A DNA stretch of 55,528 nt from a virus. Taxonomy: Duplodnaviria; Caudoviricetes. The position numbers and the translations under genes are program-made. The notes below the pieces were generated by a model. It was not told the DNA's origin, did not search any database, and saw nothing but the letters and a program-made list of their open reading frames with translations. Shown here one piece after another: positions 7,604-17,204 of this stretch; within the stretch, counting starts at the first letter, position 1, and each line of letters begins with the position of its first letter. Where the stretch lies: IMG/VR virus record IMGVR_UViG_3300032236_001351, positions 1 to 55,528 of that record; one strand, given 5' to 3'.

Positions 7604-9101
7604 TCTATATATTGAAAAAATCGATGAAACATATATAAAAATAACAGCCGAAGAGTATATCCTCAGAGAACTTCAAGATAGATTTACATTTTATGCGGAT
7701 GGATATAAGTTCCAGAAAAAATTCCAACAGCGCCTTTGGGATGGTAAAATCAGGATGCTAAGAATTGTATCTAGAGGTACTGGATTGATTTATCTAGGAC
7801 TTCTTCATCAAATAATTTCTATTGCTAAAAATTCAAGTTACTCCATTGAATTAGATTCAAATTTAAAATATCAAAACGTTCCTTCAGAAGAATCACTTAA
7901 AAATTATTTAAAAAATCTTAAACCCGCAAGTAAAGGACAGGAACTGACCCCAAGAACCTATCAAGAAACGGGATTTATTGATGCTATCAGAAGAAAAAGA
8001 CAACTCCTTCTTTCAGTAACAGCATCAGGAAAAAGTCTGATAATTTATTCTATCATAAAATATCTGTATGATCAAGGTTTAAATGGCTTAATCATAGTCC
8101 CTAATGTAACTCTAGCTCATCAGTTATTTAACGATTTTGATGACTATTCTTCCGTAAATCAATGGAATGTTTATGATGATGTACATAAGATATTCTCCGG
8201 CCAAGAAAAAGTAACTGATAAATCTGTTACTATATCTACTTGGCAGAGTCTGATGAACATTAAGACAAAATCTTTTTTTGAATCATATGATTACGTCATT
8301 ATTGATGAAGCCCATGGTATCAAGGGAACTGAACTTACAAAAATTTTAGAAAAATGTTCTAATGCCAGTTACAGAATCGGATTAACCGGAACTACTGATA
8401 ATTGTAAGGCCAATATTAATACTATAATAGGATTGACCGGAGAAGTCAATAGATTAAATACAACAACAGAACTGATAGATAAAGGAGAGATTGCTAAGTT
8501 TGGTATCCAGTGTCTTGTACTAAAATATGATCAAGAAACTTCTAAATTATTAAAAAAAGCAAAATATCAGGATGAAATTAATTACCTGATAAGTAATCAG
8601 AAACGAAATAATTTTATTAAAAACCTAGCATTATCAACTAATACAAATACGATTGTTCTTTTTCAGTATGTAGAAAAACATGGTCAGGTTTTATATGATC
8701 TCATTAAAAATTCAAAAAAACTTGATCCTGATAGAAAAGTATTTTTCATTCATGGGGGAGTTGAAGGTGAAGAAAGAGAAAAAATCAGACAGCTTCTTGA
8801 GACTGAAACTAATGCAATTGTGCTGGCTTCTGTACAAATAATGGGAACCGGAACGTCAATTAAGAACCTGCATAATATTATTTTTGCTATTAATGGTAAA
8901 TCATCAATAAGAATTCTTCAGTCGATTGGTAGGGCATTAAGGTTACATCAAAGTAAACAATCAGCTGTGATTTATGATATTGTAGATGATTTATCTTATA
9001 AAGAAAACAAAAATCATACTTTAAATCATTTTCTAGAAAGAATCAAGATTTATTCTAAAGAAAATTTTAACTTCAAGATTAAAAAAATAGATTTTAATTA
9101 A
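7596..9101 (+). CDS. uvsW: SF2 DNA helicase UvsW
   Basis: WDGKIR, TASGKS, DEAH, GLTGT, LQSIGRALR, YDIVDDL. Confidence 0.95.
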   Translation: MSDLYIEKIDETYIKITAEEYILRELQDRFTFYADGYKFQKKFQQRLWDGKIRMLRIVSRGTGLIYLGLLHQIISIAKNSSYSIELDSNLKYQNVPSEESLKNYLKNLKPASKGQELTPRTYQETGFIDAIRRKRQLLLSVTASGKSLIIYSIIKYLYDQGLNGLIIVPNVTLAHQLFNDFDDYSSVNQWNVYDDVHKIFSGQEKVTDKSVTISTWQSLMNIKTKSFFESYDYVIIDEAHGIKGTELTKILEKCSNASYRIGLTGTTDNCKANINTIIGLTGEVNRLNTTTELIDKGEIAKFGIQCLVLKYDQETSKLLKKAKYQDEINYLISNQKRNNFIKNLALSTNTNTIVLFQYVEKHGQVLYDLIKNSKKLDPDRKVFFIHGGVEGEEREKIRQLLETETNAIVLASVQIMGTGTSIKNLHNIIFAINGKSSIRILQSIGRALRLHQSKQSAVIYDIVDDLSYKENKNHTLNHFLERIKIYSKENFNFKIKKIDFN

Positions 9102-9849
9102 ATTTCATTTGCTGGATTTTAGCCTGTACATCCAAAGGGGGCGCAGGGGGGGGGGTGTTGGTTGGTTGGTTGTACCTCGCTCCGCTCGGTATTAGCTCCT
9201 CACTTCGTTCGTCGCTAATGTATCTATTTGTAGGATTAGTGGAGGTAGGGTTAAGGTCTAGTGGATGCCAGTAGTTGCTCAGTGGATTCTGGTGAGCACC
9301 AGTGCCCCCCTTGATGGTTTCTAAAGAAACTGCAACCGGGGGTTCGACTACAAAAACATTTTAATTAAAATATGGAATATATATAATTTCAGGACACTTT
9401 AATCCCGACCTGCGGATTGTAGAGGAAGGAATCCAACCCCATGTTTTAAGATAACACTTAAAACGCTTCACAGAATAGTAACTGTTTGGAGTCCAATGAT
9501 CACTTTTTTAAATACTAATCAAAAGATCCAACTTCAGAACTAGAATAGGTTTAGTTCTTGCACCAGCATTAGGAGGCTATGTAATCTATTTTTAAATTCT
9601 TACAGCGTATGACAATTTAATTAACAACTTAAAACATAATTTTTTACTATATTTGTTATTCTTTAGACAACAAAAAATACAAAAAGTTCATTCTATCTGA
9701 TAATATTTTTTTATGACCAACTTAAAACAATCTTATACAACTACTTATAAAAAATTAAATTCTTAAAACAGCATTTTCCAGTATATTTTCTTATTGAGAT
9801 TCAGTATATCTTATATATTATTTAGATATATTCTATATATATTCTTAAG

Positions 9850-9904
9850 TGTATCATCAAGGGGGTACATACTTAGTGTCTCAAAGAGTCAAGTGAAAGT
9901 CAAG
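9850..9904 (-). repeat. 55-bp dispersed repeat, copy 1; contains a leftward sigma70-like promoter
   Basis: 52/55 identical to 44294-44348. The minus strand reads TTGACT-N17-GACACT with a TG extended -10. Confidence 0.85.
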
Positions 9905-9937
9905 GACTTTTTAAAAAAATATTTATTTTAAATAATA

Positions 9938-9966
9938 CTTTACTTCTGAACCTTTAGTGCTATACT
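9938..9966 (+). promoter_or_regulatory. T4 early-like/sigma70 promoter for the gp55-47-46 operon
   Basis: CTTTAC-N17-TATACT with TG at the extended -10 position and an A/T-rich upstream tract. Confidence 0.6.
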
Positions 9967-10002
9967 TAATATTAAGGGATAGAATAATAACATGAGGATC
10001 TA

Positions 10003-10542
10003 ATGAAACCCGCTAATAATTATATCGACAATGTTGAATTTACAAGACAGCTAATAGAACATAAGAATAGAATACTTGAAGCCGAACGTCTGGGTCTTCC
10101 TAAACCAAGAGCCAACAACTATATAGGCGATTGCTTCCTTAAGATAGCTAACAATTTAGCTAAACGTCCTAATTTCTTTTCATACTCATATAAAGATGAA
10201 ATGATATCCGATGCGATTGAAAATTGCATTTTATATTACGAAAACTTTGATCCTGATAAATCCAATAAACCTTTTGCGTATTTCACCAAAATTTGTTGGT
10301 ATGCTTTTGTTCGTCGTATAGCCAAGGAGAAGAAACAACAGTACGTAAAATATAAAGCCAGTGAAAGTTTTGGTGTACTTGGCGAGGAGGAGATGGAAGA
10401 ACTTGATGATGCAACTAGAGCGCAGATTCAGATTTATGATAATATGTATGAATTTATTTCTACATACGAAGAAAAAAATCTAACAAAGAAAGAGCCTGTT
10501 AAGGAAGTTGCTAAAGGGGTTGAGAAATTTTTCGATGAGTAA
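10003..10542 (+). CDS. gp55: late transcription sigma factor
   Basis: NYIDN, YIGDCFLKIA, PNF-SYSYKDEMISDAIENC, NFDP, PFAYFT, RRIAKEKKQ. Confidence 0.95.
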   Translation: MKPANNYIDNVEFTRQLIEHKNRILEAERLGLPKPRANNYIGDCFLKIANNLAKRPNFFSYSYKDEMISDAIENCILYYENFDPDKSNKPFAYFTKICWYAFVRRIAKEKKQQYVKYKASESFGVLGEEEMEELDDATRAQIQIYDNMYEFISTYEEKNLTKKEPVKEVAKGVEKFFDE

Positions 10543-11605
10543 GATTGTTATCCTTGGTGATACCCACTTTTCATATAAATCTGGATCCAGATTATTTTCA
10601 GATTATTTTGAAAAATTTTATACTAATGTTTTCTTTCCTTATCTCAAAGAGAATGACATCACGACCGTTATCCAAACCGGGGATTTAAATGACGAAAGAC
10701 GTGCTGTAAATAATGTTGGAATTTTCGAAGCCAGAAGATATTTCTTCGATAAGCTTTCTGAAGAAAATATTACAATGTATGTTCCTTTAGGAAATCATGA
10801 TATTGCATATAAAGATACCCTGAAGGTCAATTCTCCTTCATTGTTGTATAAGGATTATACAAATATTCATATTATTGATTCTCCAAGAACCATCGAAATT
10901 TTCGAAAAAAATGTTTGTTTCATTCCTTGGATCTGTAGAGAAAACGAAGAATCTGCTTTAAATGAACTTAAAAATAGTAGATCAAATATTTGTGTTGGTC
11001 ATTTTGAAATTTCTGGTTTTGCAATGTATAAGGGGATTATGAGTCATGGAGGTATGGATTCTTCCTTATTTGATCGTTTTGAGTATGTCTTCAGTGGACA
11101 TTATCATCACAGGTCAACCAAGCGTAATATTCATTACGTTGGCACTCCATATGAAATGACCTGGTCTGATTATGGTGATCCAAAAGGTTTTTATGTTTTT
11201 GATTTGAAAACACAGGAAATCGAATTCATTAAAAATCCATACAAAATGTATCATAAGATTTTCTATGATGATACAGATGAGCAAGGTGTAAATAATCAAA
11301 TTGAAGAATTTACTGAACTTGGGTTAAATTCGACTTATGTTAAATTGGTAATACAAAATAAAAATAATGTTTATCTTTATGATAAGTTCTTTGAGAGTTT
11401 GGAAAAACAAGAACCTTTCGATGTTAATGTTATTGAAGATATGCAGGATGTTTTTACTGAAGAATTGATTGAAATTGATGAAAGTGAAGATACTTTAACT
11501 ACTATTTACAAATTCGTTGATATAGCAAATAATGATGAATTTGATAATAATAGAGTGAAAAAGATTCTTGGTGAATTATATTCTGAAGCAATGGCGATTA
11601 AGTAA
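10535..11605 (+). CDS. gp47: recombination endonuclease subunit (Mre11/SbcD-like)
   Basis: GDTH, GD-D-R, GNHD, GHF and SGHYH phosphoesterase motifs; ATG at 10535. Confidence 0.93.
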   Translation: MSKIVILGDTHFSYKSGSRLFSDYFEKFYTNVFFPYLKENDITTVIQTGDLNDERRAVNNVGIFEARRYFFDKLSEENITMYVPLGNHDIAYKDTLKVNSPSLLYKDYTNIHIIDSPRTIEIFEKNVCFIPWICRENEESALNELKNSRSNICVGHFEISGFAMYKGIMSHGGMDSSLFDRFEYVFSGHYHHRSTKRNIHYVGTPYEMTWSDYGDPKGFYVFDLKTQEIEFIKNPYKMYHKIFYDDTDEQGVNNQIEEFTELGLNSTYVKLVIQNKNNVYLYDKFFESLEKQEPFDVNVIEDMQDVFTEELIEIDESEDTLTTIYKFVDIANNDEFDNNRVKKILGELYSEAMAIK

Positions 11606-13326
11606 TGTATATTAAGTTTTTGAAAGTTCGAATGAAGAATTTCTTCTCAGTAGGAAATAGTTTTCTTGAGATTAATCTTGATTCACATAAAACCACATTA
11701 TCGAGTGGTACAAACGGTAGTGGAAAAAGTTCTTCTATAGTTGATTCTGTTGTTTTTGCTTTATTTGGAAAACCATTCAGAAAGACCAATAAACCAAATA
11801 TTATCAATTCTATCAATAAAGGAAATCTTGTAGTTGAATTAGAATTTGAAATTGGATCTAAGTTTTTTAAGATTGTTCGTGGATTGAAGCCTAATATTTT
11901 TGAAATTTACAGCGATGGTATTTTGTTAAATCAAGATGCCAGTTCTAGAGATTATCAAGAATATCTTGAAAAGAATATCCTTAGAGTCAACTATAAATCT
12001 TTTACTAATGTAGTGGTTCTTGGTTCTGCAAGTTATAATCCATTTATGCAAATGTCCGCTGCAGACAGAAGAACTATAGTGGAAGACCTTCTCGATATTC
12101 AAATATTTTCCTCTATGAACCTTTTGGTTAAAGATAAATTATCCAAGTTAAAAGAAGAAGAAAAAGAAGTTAATTATCAATTTGAATTGGTTAAAGAAAA
12201 GATCAAACTTCAAAAAGAAAATATACAAAATCAAAAAAGAAATAATGATGAGCTAATCAATAAAAAACTTGATGAAATTAAGTCTAATGAAGAAAGAATT
12301 TTTCAAATGACTTCTGAATCTGAATTATTGACAGATCTAGTTGATATCCTTAAAGCTGAAATTAATGATAAAGATGTAGTAGAAAGTAAGAGAAAGAATC
12401 TTATTACAATAGAAGGTAAGATAGAAGGAAATTTAAAAAAGATTAAAACCGAATCTACTTTTTATGAAAGTAATGATTCTTGTCCAACATGTAAACAAAA
12501 TATTGATTCACAGTTCAAAGATAGTAAGATTGATTCCATTAAAAGAAAGGAAAAAGAACTTAATGATGGATTAAAAAAACTTGAAGAAGAATATGAAAAA
12601 TTGAAGATTAGATTAGAAGAAATCGAATCCGTCAGTAAAACTATTATAGATAAACAATCTGAAATTATAAGAATCAATGCCTCAGTAAAAGAAATAGAAA
12701 GAGTCATACAAAAAGAAAATAATTTCATCAATGAAATAAAATCTAAAAATGTTGTCGTTGATGATGTTGAATTGAAAAAGTTATTGAAAGAATATAAGGA
12801 TTGTGATTCTAAACTCAAAGAAGTGGCCGATGAAAAATCTTATTATGAATATTCGGCTACATTATTAAAGGATGGGGGAATTAAAACTAGAATTATAAAA
12901 CAATATATTCCTGTTTTAAATAAGTTAATTAATTTATACTTGACTAAATTGAATTTCTTCGTAAACTTTAATATAAATGAGAATTTTGAAGAAGAGATTA
13001 AAAGTAGACATAGAGATGCATATGTGTATAACAATTTCTCCGAAGGAGAAAAGACCAAAATTGATTTATCTATTCTCTTTGCTTTTAGGCAGATAGCTAA
13101 GATGAAGAATTCTGTTAGCACCAATCTTCTCCTTATGGATGAAATTATGGGAGGAAGTCTCGATAAAGATAGTGTTGATCGATTTATTGATTTAATATCT
13201 GGACTTGATGATGAGATGAGAATTTTTATCATTGGTCATAATGAAGGAATGGAAGAGAATTTCGATAGAATTTTGAAATTTGAAAAGAAAAAGAATTTTG
13301 CTAGAATGACAGAGGTTATAGTATGA
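11605..13326 (+). CDS. gp46: recombination ATPase subunit (Rad50/SbcC-like)
   Basis: Walker A GTNGSGKS, CPTC zinc hook, coiled coils, FSEGEK signature, LMDE Walker B. Confidence 0.95.
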   Translation: MYIKFLKVRMKNFFSVGNSFLEINLDSHKTTLSSGTNGSGKSSSIVDSVVFALFGKPFRKTNKPNIINSINKGNLVVELEFEIGSKFFKIVRGLKPNIFEIYSDGILLNQDASSRDYQEYLEKNILRVNYKSFTNVVVLGSASYNPFMQMSAADRRTIVEDLLDIQIFSSMNLLVKDKLSKLKEEEKEVNYQFELVKEKIKLQKENIQNQKRNNDELINKKLDEIKSNEERIFQMTSESELLTDLVDILKAEINDKDVVESKRKNLITIEGKIEGNLKKIKTESTFYESNDSCPTCKQNIDSQFKDSKIDSIKRKEKELNDGLKKLEEEYEKLKIRLEEIESVSKTIIDKQSEIIRINASVKEIERVIQKENNFINEIKSKNVVVDDVELKKLLKEYKDCDSKLKEVADEKSYYEYSATLLKDGGIKTRIIKQYIPVLNKLINLYLTKLNFFVNFNINENFEEEIKSRHRDAYVYNNFSEGEKTKIDLSILFAFRQIAKMKNSVSTNLLLMDEIMGGSLDKDSVDRFIDLISGLDDEMRIFIIGHNEGMEENFDRILKFEKKKNFARMTEVIV

Positions 13327-13931
13327 GTGATGTGATTACAATTGATACCGGATTGAATACAAATCAATCTATTAGTTATAAATACGAACCTTATGAATTG
13401 GTTTATGAAGGAGAACCAATTCTAAAGGAATACATTGATAAATTTGATTTTGAAAATAATGATATTGATATCAAAGAGTTATGTGGACGTATGAAAAAAA
13501 CACTTGAAGTTGAAAGAGGATTTGGATTAGCTGCTCCTCAATGTGGACTTCGGGTTCGTATGTTTGTCATGGGTGCTGAAGGAGATTACAGTGCAATGTT
13601 TAATCCCACCATAACTTGGTCTTCGGAAAACACCACCCATATGGAAGAAGGGTGTTTATCATTCAGTTATCTTACAGTTTCAATTACACGACCAGAAAGG
13701 ATTAAGGTTAAATTTCAAGATGAAACTGGAATTGAACATGAAATTGAATTTTCTGGTCTTACTGCTAGAATTATCCAACATGAAATTGATCATCTTAATG
13801 GTATTACTTTTGATACTATAGCCAAACCTTTAGCGTTAAAAGCCGGAAAAACAAGAAGAGAAAAGAAACTGAGTCAATACGCAAAAAGAATGAAAAATCT
13901 GAGGAAATACGTCAATGCTAAAACCAGCTGA
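13323..13931 (+). CDS. def: peptide deformylase
   Basis: GLAAPQ, EGCLS, QHEIDHLNG. Confidence 0.95.
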   Translation: MSDVITIDTGLNTNQSISYKYEPYELVYEGEPILKEYIDKFDFENNDIDIKELCGRMKKTLEVERGFGLAAPQCGLRVRMFVMGAEGDYSAMFNPTITWSSENTTHMEEGCLSFSYLTVSITRPERIKVKFQDETGIEHEIEFSGLTARIIQHEIDHLNGITFDTIAKPLALKAGKTRREKKLSQYAKRMKNLRKYVNAKTS

Positions 13932-15237
13932 TATTATTGTTGAATTGGAATCTGATAATAGTAGACTTTTTAAAGAGTCTATTATTATTCGTGAGATGGA
14001 ATCTAATAATGAAGAATTCTTTAAGGGTGTTAATTTAGCCTTCAATAAAAGAATTACTTTTGGAGTTAATGAAAAAACTGTTCCTAACGATTGTAATAAT
14101 TCTGATAGTGATAATATTTCCAATGAACAATTTTACACATTAGTACAGGATTTAATTGATAGAAAGATTACTGGTAATGCAGCAAAGGATCTTTTGATTC
14201 ATATTGCTGTTAATACTTCTAAACATACATGGAATAATTGGTTCAGACGAATCTTATTAAAGGATTTAAAGTGTGGAGTCGATGTAAAGACAATTAATAA
14301 TTGTGCCAAGAAAAATTCAAAAACGCAATTTTCTGTTCCTGTGTTTTCATGTCAACTTGCTCACAATTCAACTGATCATCAAACTAAGATGGTAGGAGAG
14401 AAAATCATAGAATTAAAGTTGGACGGAAGCAGAGTAATTTCTATACTTTATCCAGATGGTAGAGTTAGTCAATTTACTAGAAATGGAAAAGAATTATTAA
14501 ATTTTACTAAAATTAGAGAACAATTAAGTAAAGCTACTCTTGATTTACCATTAATTCCTATGGTATTTGATGGAGAAGTGATGAGTAATTCTTTTCAGGA
14601 CTTGATGAAACAACTTCATCGTAAGGATAATGTTCAAACTGATGATGCTGTATTATATCTTTTTGATATGGTCACTTTAGATGATTTTGAATCCGGTATT
14701 TCCTATACTAAACAAACTGTAAGAAGTAAAGAATTATCCGATTGGTATAATAGTAATAAAGAAGTATTAAGTAATATTCAAGTATTAGATCAAGAAGTCG
14801 TTGACTTATCTACTGATGAAGGGCAAAATAGATATAAGGAAATTAATAAAGCAGCTATTGATGGTGGTTATGAAGGATTATTGATTAAAGATCCTGATGC
14901 GCCGTATGAAGTAAAACGTTCAGTAGCTTGGTTAAAATCTAAACCGTTTATTTCGGTAGATCTTAAAATTATAGATATTCAAGAAGGAACAGATAAGTAC
15001 GAAGGAATGTTAGGCGCTTTTATCTGTGCAGGCATTGAAGATGGTAAAGAAATTAATGTTAATGTAGGATCTGGTTTTACTGATAAACAAAGAATTGAAT
15101 ATTGGAATACCGATGTGGTGGGAAGAATTGCTGAAGTTAAGGCTGATGCAATTACTCAAAATCAAAACGGAACCTATTCTTTACGCTTTCCTGTTTTCAT
15201 GCGATTACGTGGATTTGAGGCTGGAGAAAAAATTTAA
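13915..15237 (+). CDS. gp30: ATP-dependent DNA ligase
   Basis: KLDGSR, FDGE, LFD, EGLLIK, VGSGF, SLRFPVF. Confidence 0.92.
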   Translation: MLKPADIIVELESDNSRLFKESIIIREMESNNEEFFKGVNLAFNKRITFGVNEKTVPNDCNNSDSDNISNEQFYTLVQDLIDRKITGNAAKDLLIHIAVNTSKHTWNNWFRRILLKDLKCGVDVKTINNCAKKNSKTQFSVPVFSCQLAHNSTDHQTKMVGEKIIELKLDGSRVISILYPDGRVSQFTRNGKELLNFTKIREQLSKATLDLPLIPMVFDGEVMSNSFQDLMKQLHRKDNVQTDDAVLYLFDMVTLDDFESGISYTKQTVRSKELSDWYNSNKEVLSNIQVLDQEVVDLSTDEGQNRYKEINKAAIDGGYEGLLIKDPDAPYEVKRSVAWLKSKPFISVDLKIIDIQEGTDKYEGMLGAFICAGIEDGKEINVNVGSGFTDKQRIEYWNTDVVGRIAEVKADAITQNQNGTYSLRFPVFMRLRGFEAGEKI

Positions 15238-15252
15238 TAAATGGAATAAAAC

Positions 15253-16332
15253 ATGAATTGGACTAAACAAGAATGTATTAATGCATTAAAGGATTTATCT
15301 GAATTATATCCAGATGTCATTATTACTAGAGATTTTTTTAGACAAAATTCAGATTGTCCTGAATATTGGTGGACTCGATATTTTGGAACATTTTCTGAAT
15401 TTAAACAACATTGTGGATTAACAAAAACACGAGAACAGAATAAATTACTAAATCAAGTAGCTAAACATGCTTCTAAAGATTCATTAAGAAAGCTTAATGA
15501 AGAAAAGTCTGGTTATTCTGAAAAGTATCTTCGTCCTGATAGTAAACGATTTCAAACAATTGTTACTATAACTGATACTCATGATATTAGCCTTGATCCT
15601 TTCACGAGAAGAGTATATTTAGATACTTTAAAAAGGATTCAACCTGAAGTTATTGTATTCGGTGGTGATAATTTCGATCTTCCAGAATTCAGTAAATATT
15701 TTAATGATCCAAGAAATTATAATCTAATCGAACGTATTACTTGTGTTCATGAATTTCTAAGAGATATTAGAGAAATTGTTCCTGATGCGGAATTTAATTG
15801 GGTAGCTGGAAATCATGAATGCAGGCTAGTAAAATATCTTTCCGAAGCAAGTCCAAACATCATGGTACTATTATCGGATCTTCATGGCTTTACTGTATCC
15901 AAACTACTTGGACTGGATGAATTTGAAATTAATTACATTTCTAGAGAAGATTTAACTGTATTTAGTGAAACCGACCTTAAAAAGGAAATTGGTAAGAATT
16001 ATCTTGTTAAATTTGATTCCATTCTTTTCCACCATTATCCAGATGGAAAAAACTATGGTCTTCCTGGAGTTAATGGCCACCATCATGCTCATAGATGTGA
16101 AACTCTTCATAATCTGAATTTCGGTGCTTACGAATGGCATCAATTAGGTTCTGGTCATATTAGAAGAGCAAACTATTGTGAAGCACAAAGATGGTCAACT
16201 GGATTCATGATCAGTCATCATGATATATATAATAGAACTACTGTTTTTGAATACGTAGATACTACCAAGGATTTTACTATTGTTGGAGGTAAGTGGTATT
16301 CAAGAACTGAAGATGAAATTTATAAATTATAA
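15253..16332 (+). CDS. calcineurin-like metallophosphoesterase with an N-terminal helical (endonuclease-associated repeat-like) domain
   Basis: TDTH, GGDNFD, GNHE, HH, GHHH; N-terminus WTKQECINAL...YFGTFSEF...GL. Confidence 0.75.
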   Translation: MNWTKQECINALKDLSELYPDVIITRDFFRQNSDCPEYWWTRYFGTFSEFKQHCGLTKTREQNKLLNQVAKHASKDSLRKLNEEKSGYSEKYLRPDSKRFQTIVTITDTHDISLDPFTRRVYLDTLKRIQPEVIVFGGDNFDLPEFSKYFNDPRNYNLIERITCVHEFLRDIREIVPDAEFNWVAGNHECRLVKYLSEASPNIMVLLSDLHGFTVSKLLGLDEFEINYISREDLTVFSETDLKKEIGKNYLVKFDSILFHHYPDGKNYGLPGVNGHHHAHRCETLHNLNFGAYEWHQLGSGHIRRANYCEAQRWSTGFMISHHDIYNRTTVFEYVDTTKDFTIVGGKWYSRTEDEIYKL

Positions 16333-16349
16333 AAAGAGGTGAATATATA

Positions 16350-17147
16350 ATGCAAATTCAAATTACAAGAGAAGAGCTGGCTAAGAAGAAACTTTTTATC
16401 GGAATGCCAACTTATGGTGGGATGATGACAACCCTAACTGCTAAGTCATTAATAGATTTAAATTCATTAATGGCACAGTATGGTGTTGAGGTGAAGTTCA
16501 GTTTTTTGATGAATGAAAGTTTGATTCAAAGAGCCAGAAACTATATCACTGACGAATTCCTAAATCGCTCAGATTGTACTCATATGATGTTTATTGATGC
16601 GGATATTGTGTTTAATCCGCAAGATATTATTTCTATGCTTGCTCTTGATAAGGAAATTATCGGTGGACCATATCCGAAGAAAAGCCTTGATTGGAAGCAG
16701 CTTAATAAGGCATTAAAGAAGAACGCAGAACTTCCTGTTTCTGAGTATGAAAAGCTGACTGGATCTATTGTATTTAATCCAGTTGGAGGTACAAGTAAGT
16801 TTAGTATTACTGAACCTCTTGAAATTATGGACCTAGGAACTGGATTCATGATGATTAAGCGTGAAGTATTCGAAAAATATCAAGAAGCTTACCCTGAAAA
16901 GATGTATAAACCGGATCATGTTGGTCAGGCTCATTTTGATGGTACTAGGGAAATTTGTGCATTCTTTGATTGTGTGATTGATCCAGATTCCAAGCGTTAT
17001 TTATCTGAGGACTACTTCTTTACCCAACAATGTAGGAAGATTGGTATTAAGACTTGGCTTGCTCCATGGATTAATCTTGGACATATGGGATCTTATGTAT
17101 TCCAAGGCAGTCTTCCTGCTGTGGCTCAATACATAGGTGAATTGTAA
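16350..17147 (+). CDS. GT-A fold glycosyltransferase-like protein
   Basis: NESLIQRARN, MFIDADI, GTGFMMIKR, LSEDYFF, LGHMG. Confidence 0.7.
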   Translation: MQIQITREELAKKKLFIGMPTYGGMMTTLTAKSLIDLNSLMAQYGVEVKFSFLMNESLIQRARNYITDEFLNRSDCTHMMFIDADIVFNPQDIISMLALDKEIIGGPYPKKSLDWKQLNKALKKNAELPVSEYEKLTGSIVFNPVGGTSKFSITEPLEIMDLGTGFMMIKREVFEKYQEAYPEKMYKPDHVGQAHFDGTREICAFFDCVIDPDSKRYLSEDYFFTQQCRKIGIKTWLAPWINLGHMGSYVFQGSLPAVAQYIGEL

Positions 17148-17166
17148 GTTATTGATTTATAACGAA

Positions 17167-17190
17167 AAAGGAGGATTTATCCCTCCTTTA
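17167..17190 (+). terminator. possible intrinsic terminator
   Basis: AAAGGAGG/CCTCCTTT stem, weak U-tract. Confidence 0.4.
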
Positions 17191-17204
17191 TTTAAGGAAG
17201 TGAC

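Larger units (their letters stand above)
9102..10002. other. 900-bp intergenic region; candidate replication origin and/or structured RNA locus
   Basis: No ORF in the supplied track. G-tracts at 9137-9155, twin hairpins at 9173-9219, further hairpins at 9401-9558, CTTAAAAC repeats, AT-rich 9600-9850, divergent promoters at 9875-9966. Confidence 0.5.

Noticed and set aside
9336-9350. GGGGGTTCGACT resembling a tRNA/tmRNA T-arm
   Set aside because: No complementary 3' T-stem, acceptor stem or CCA follows; a cloverleaf cannot be built
9102-10002. CRISPR array or group I intron in the long intergenic region
   Set aside because: No regularly spaced 25-45 bp repeats; flanking genes are complete; no intron core recognised
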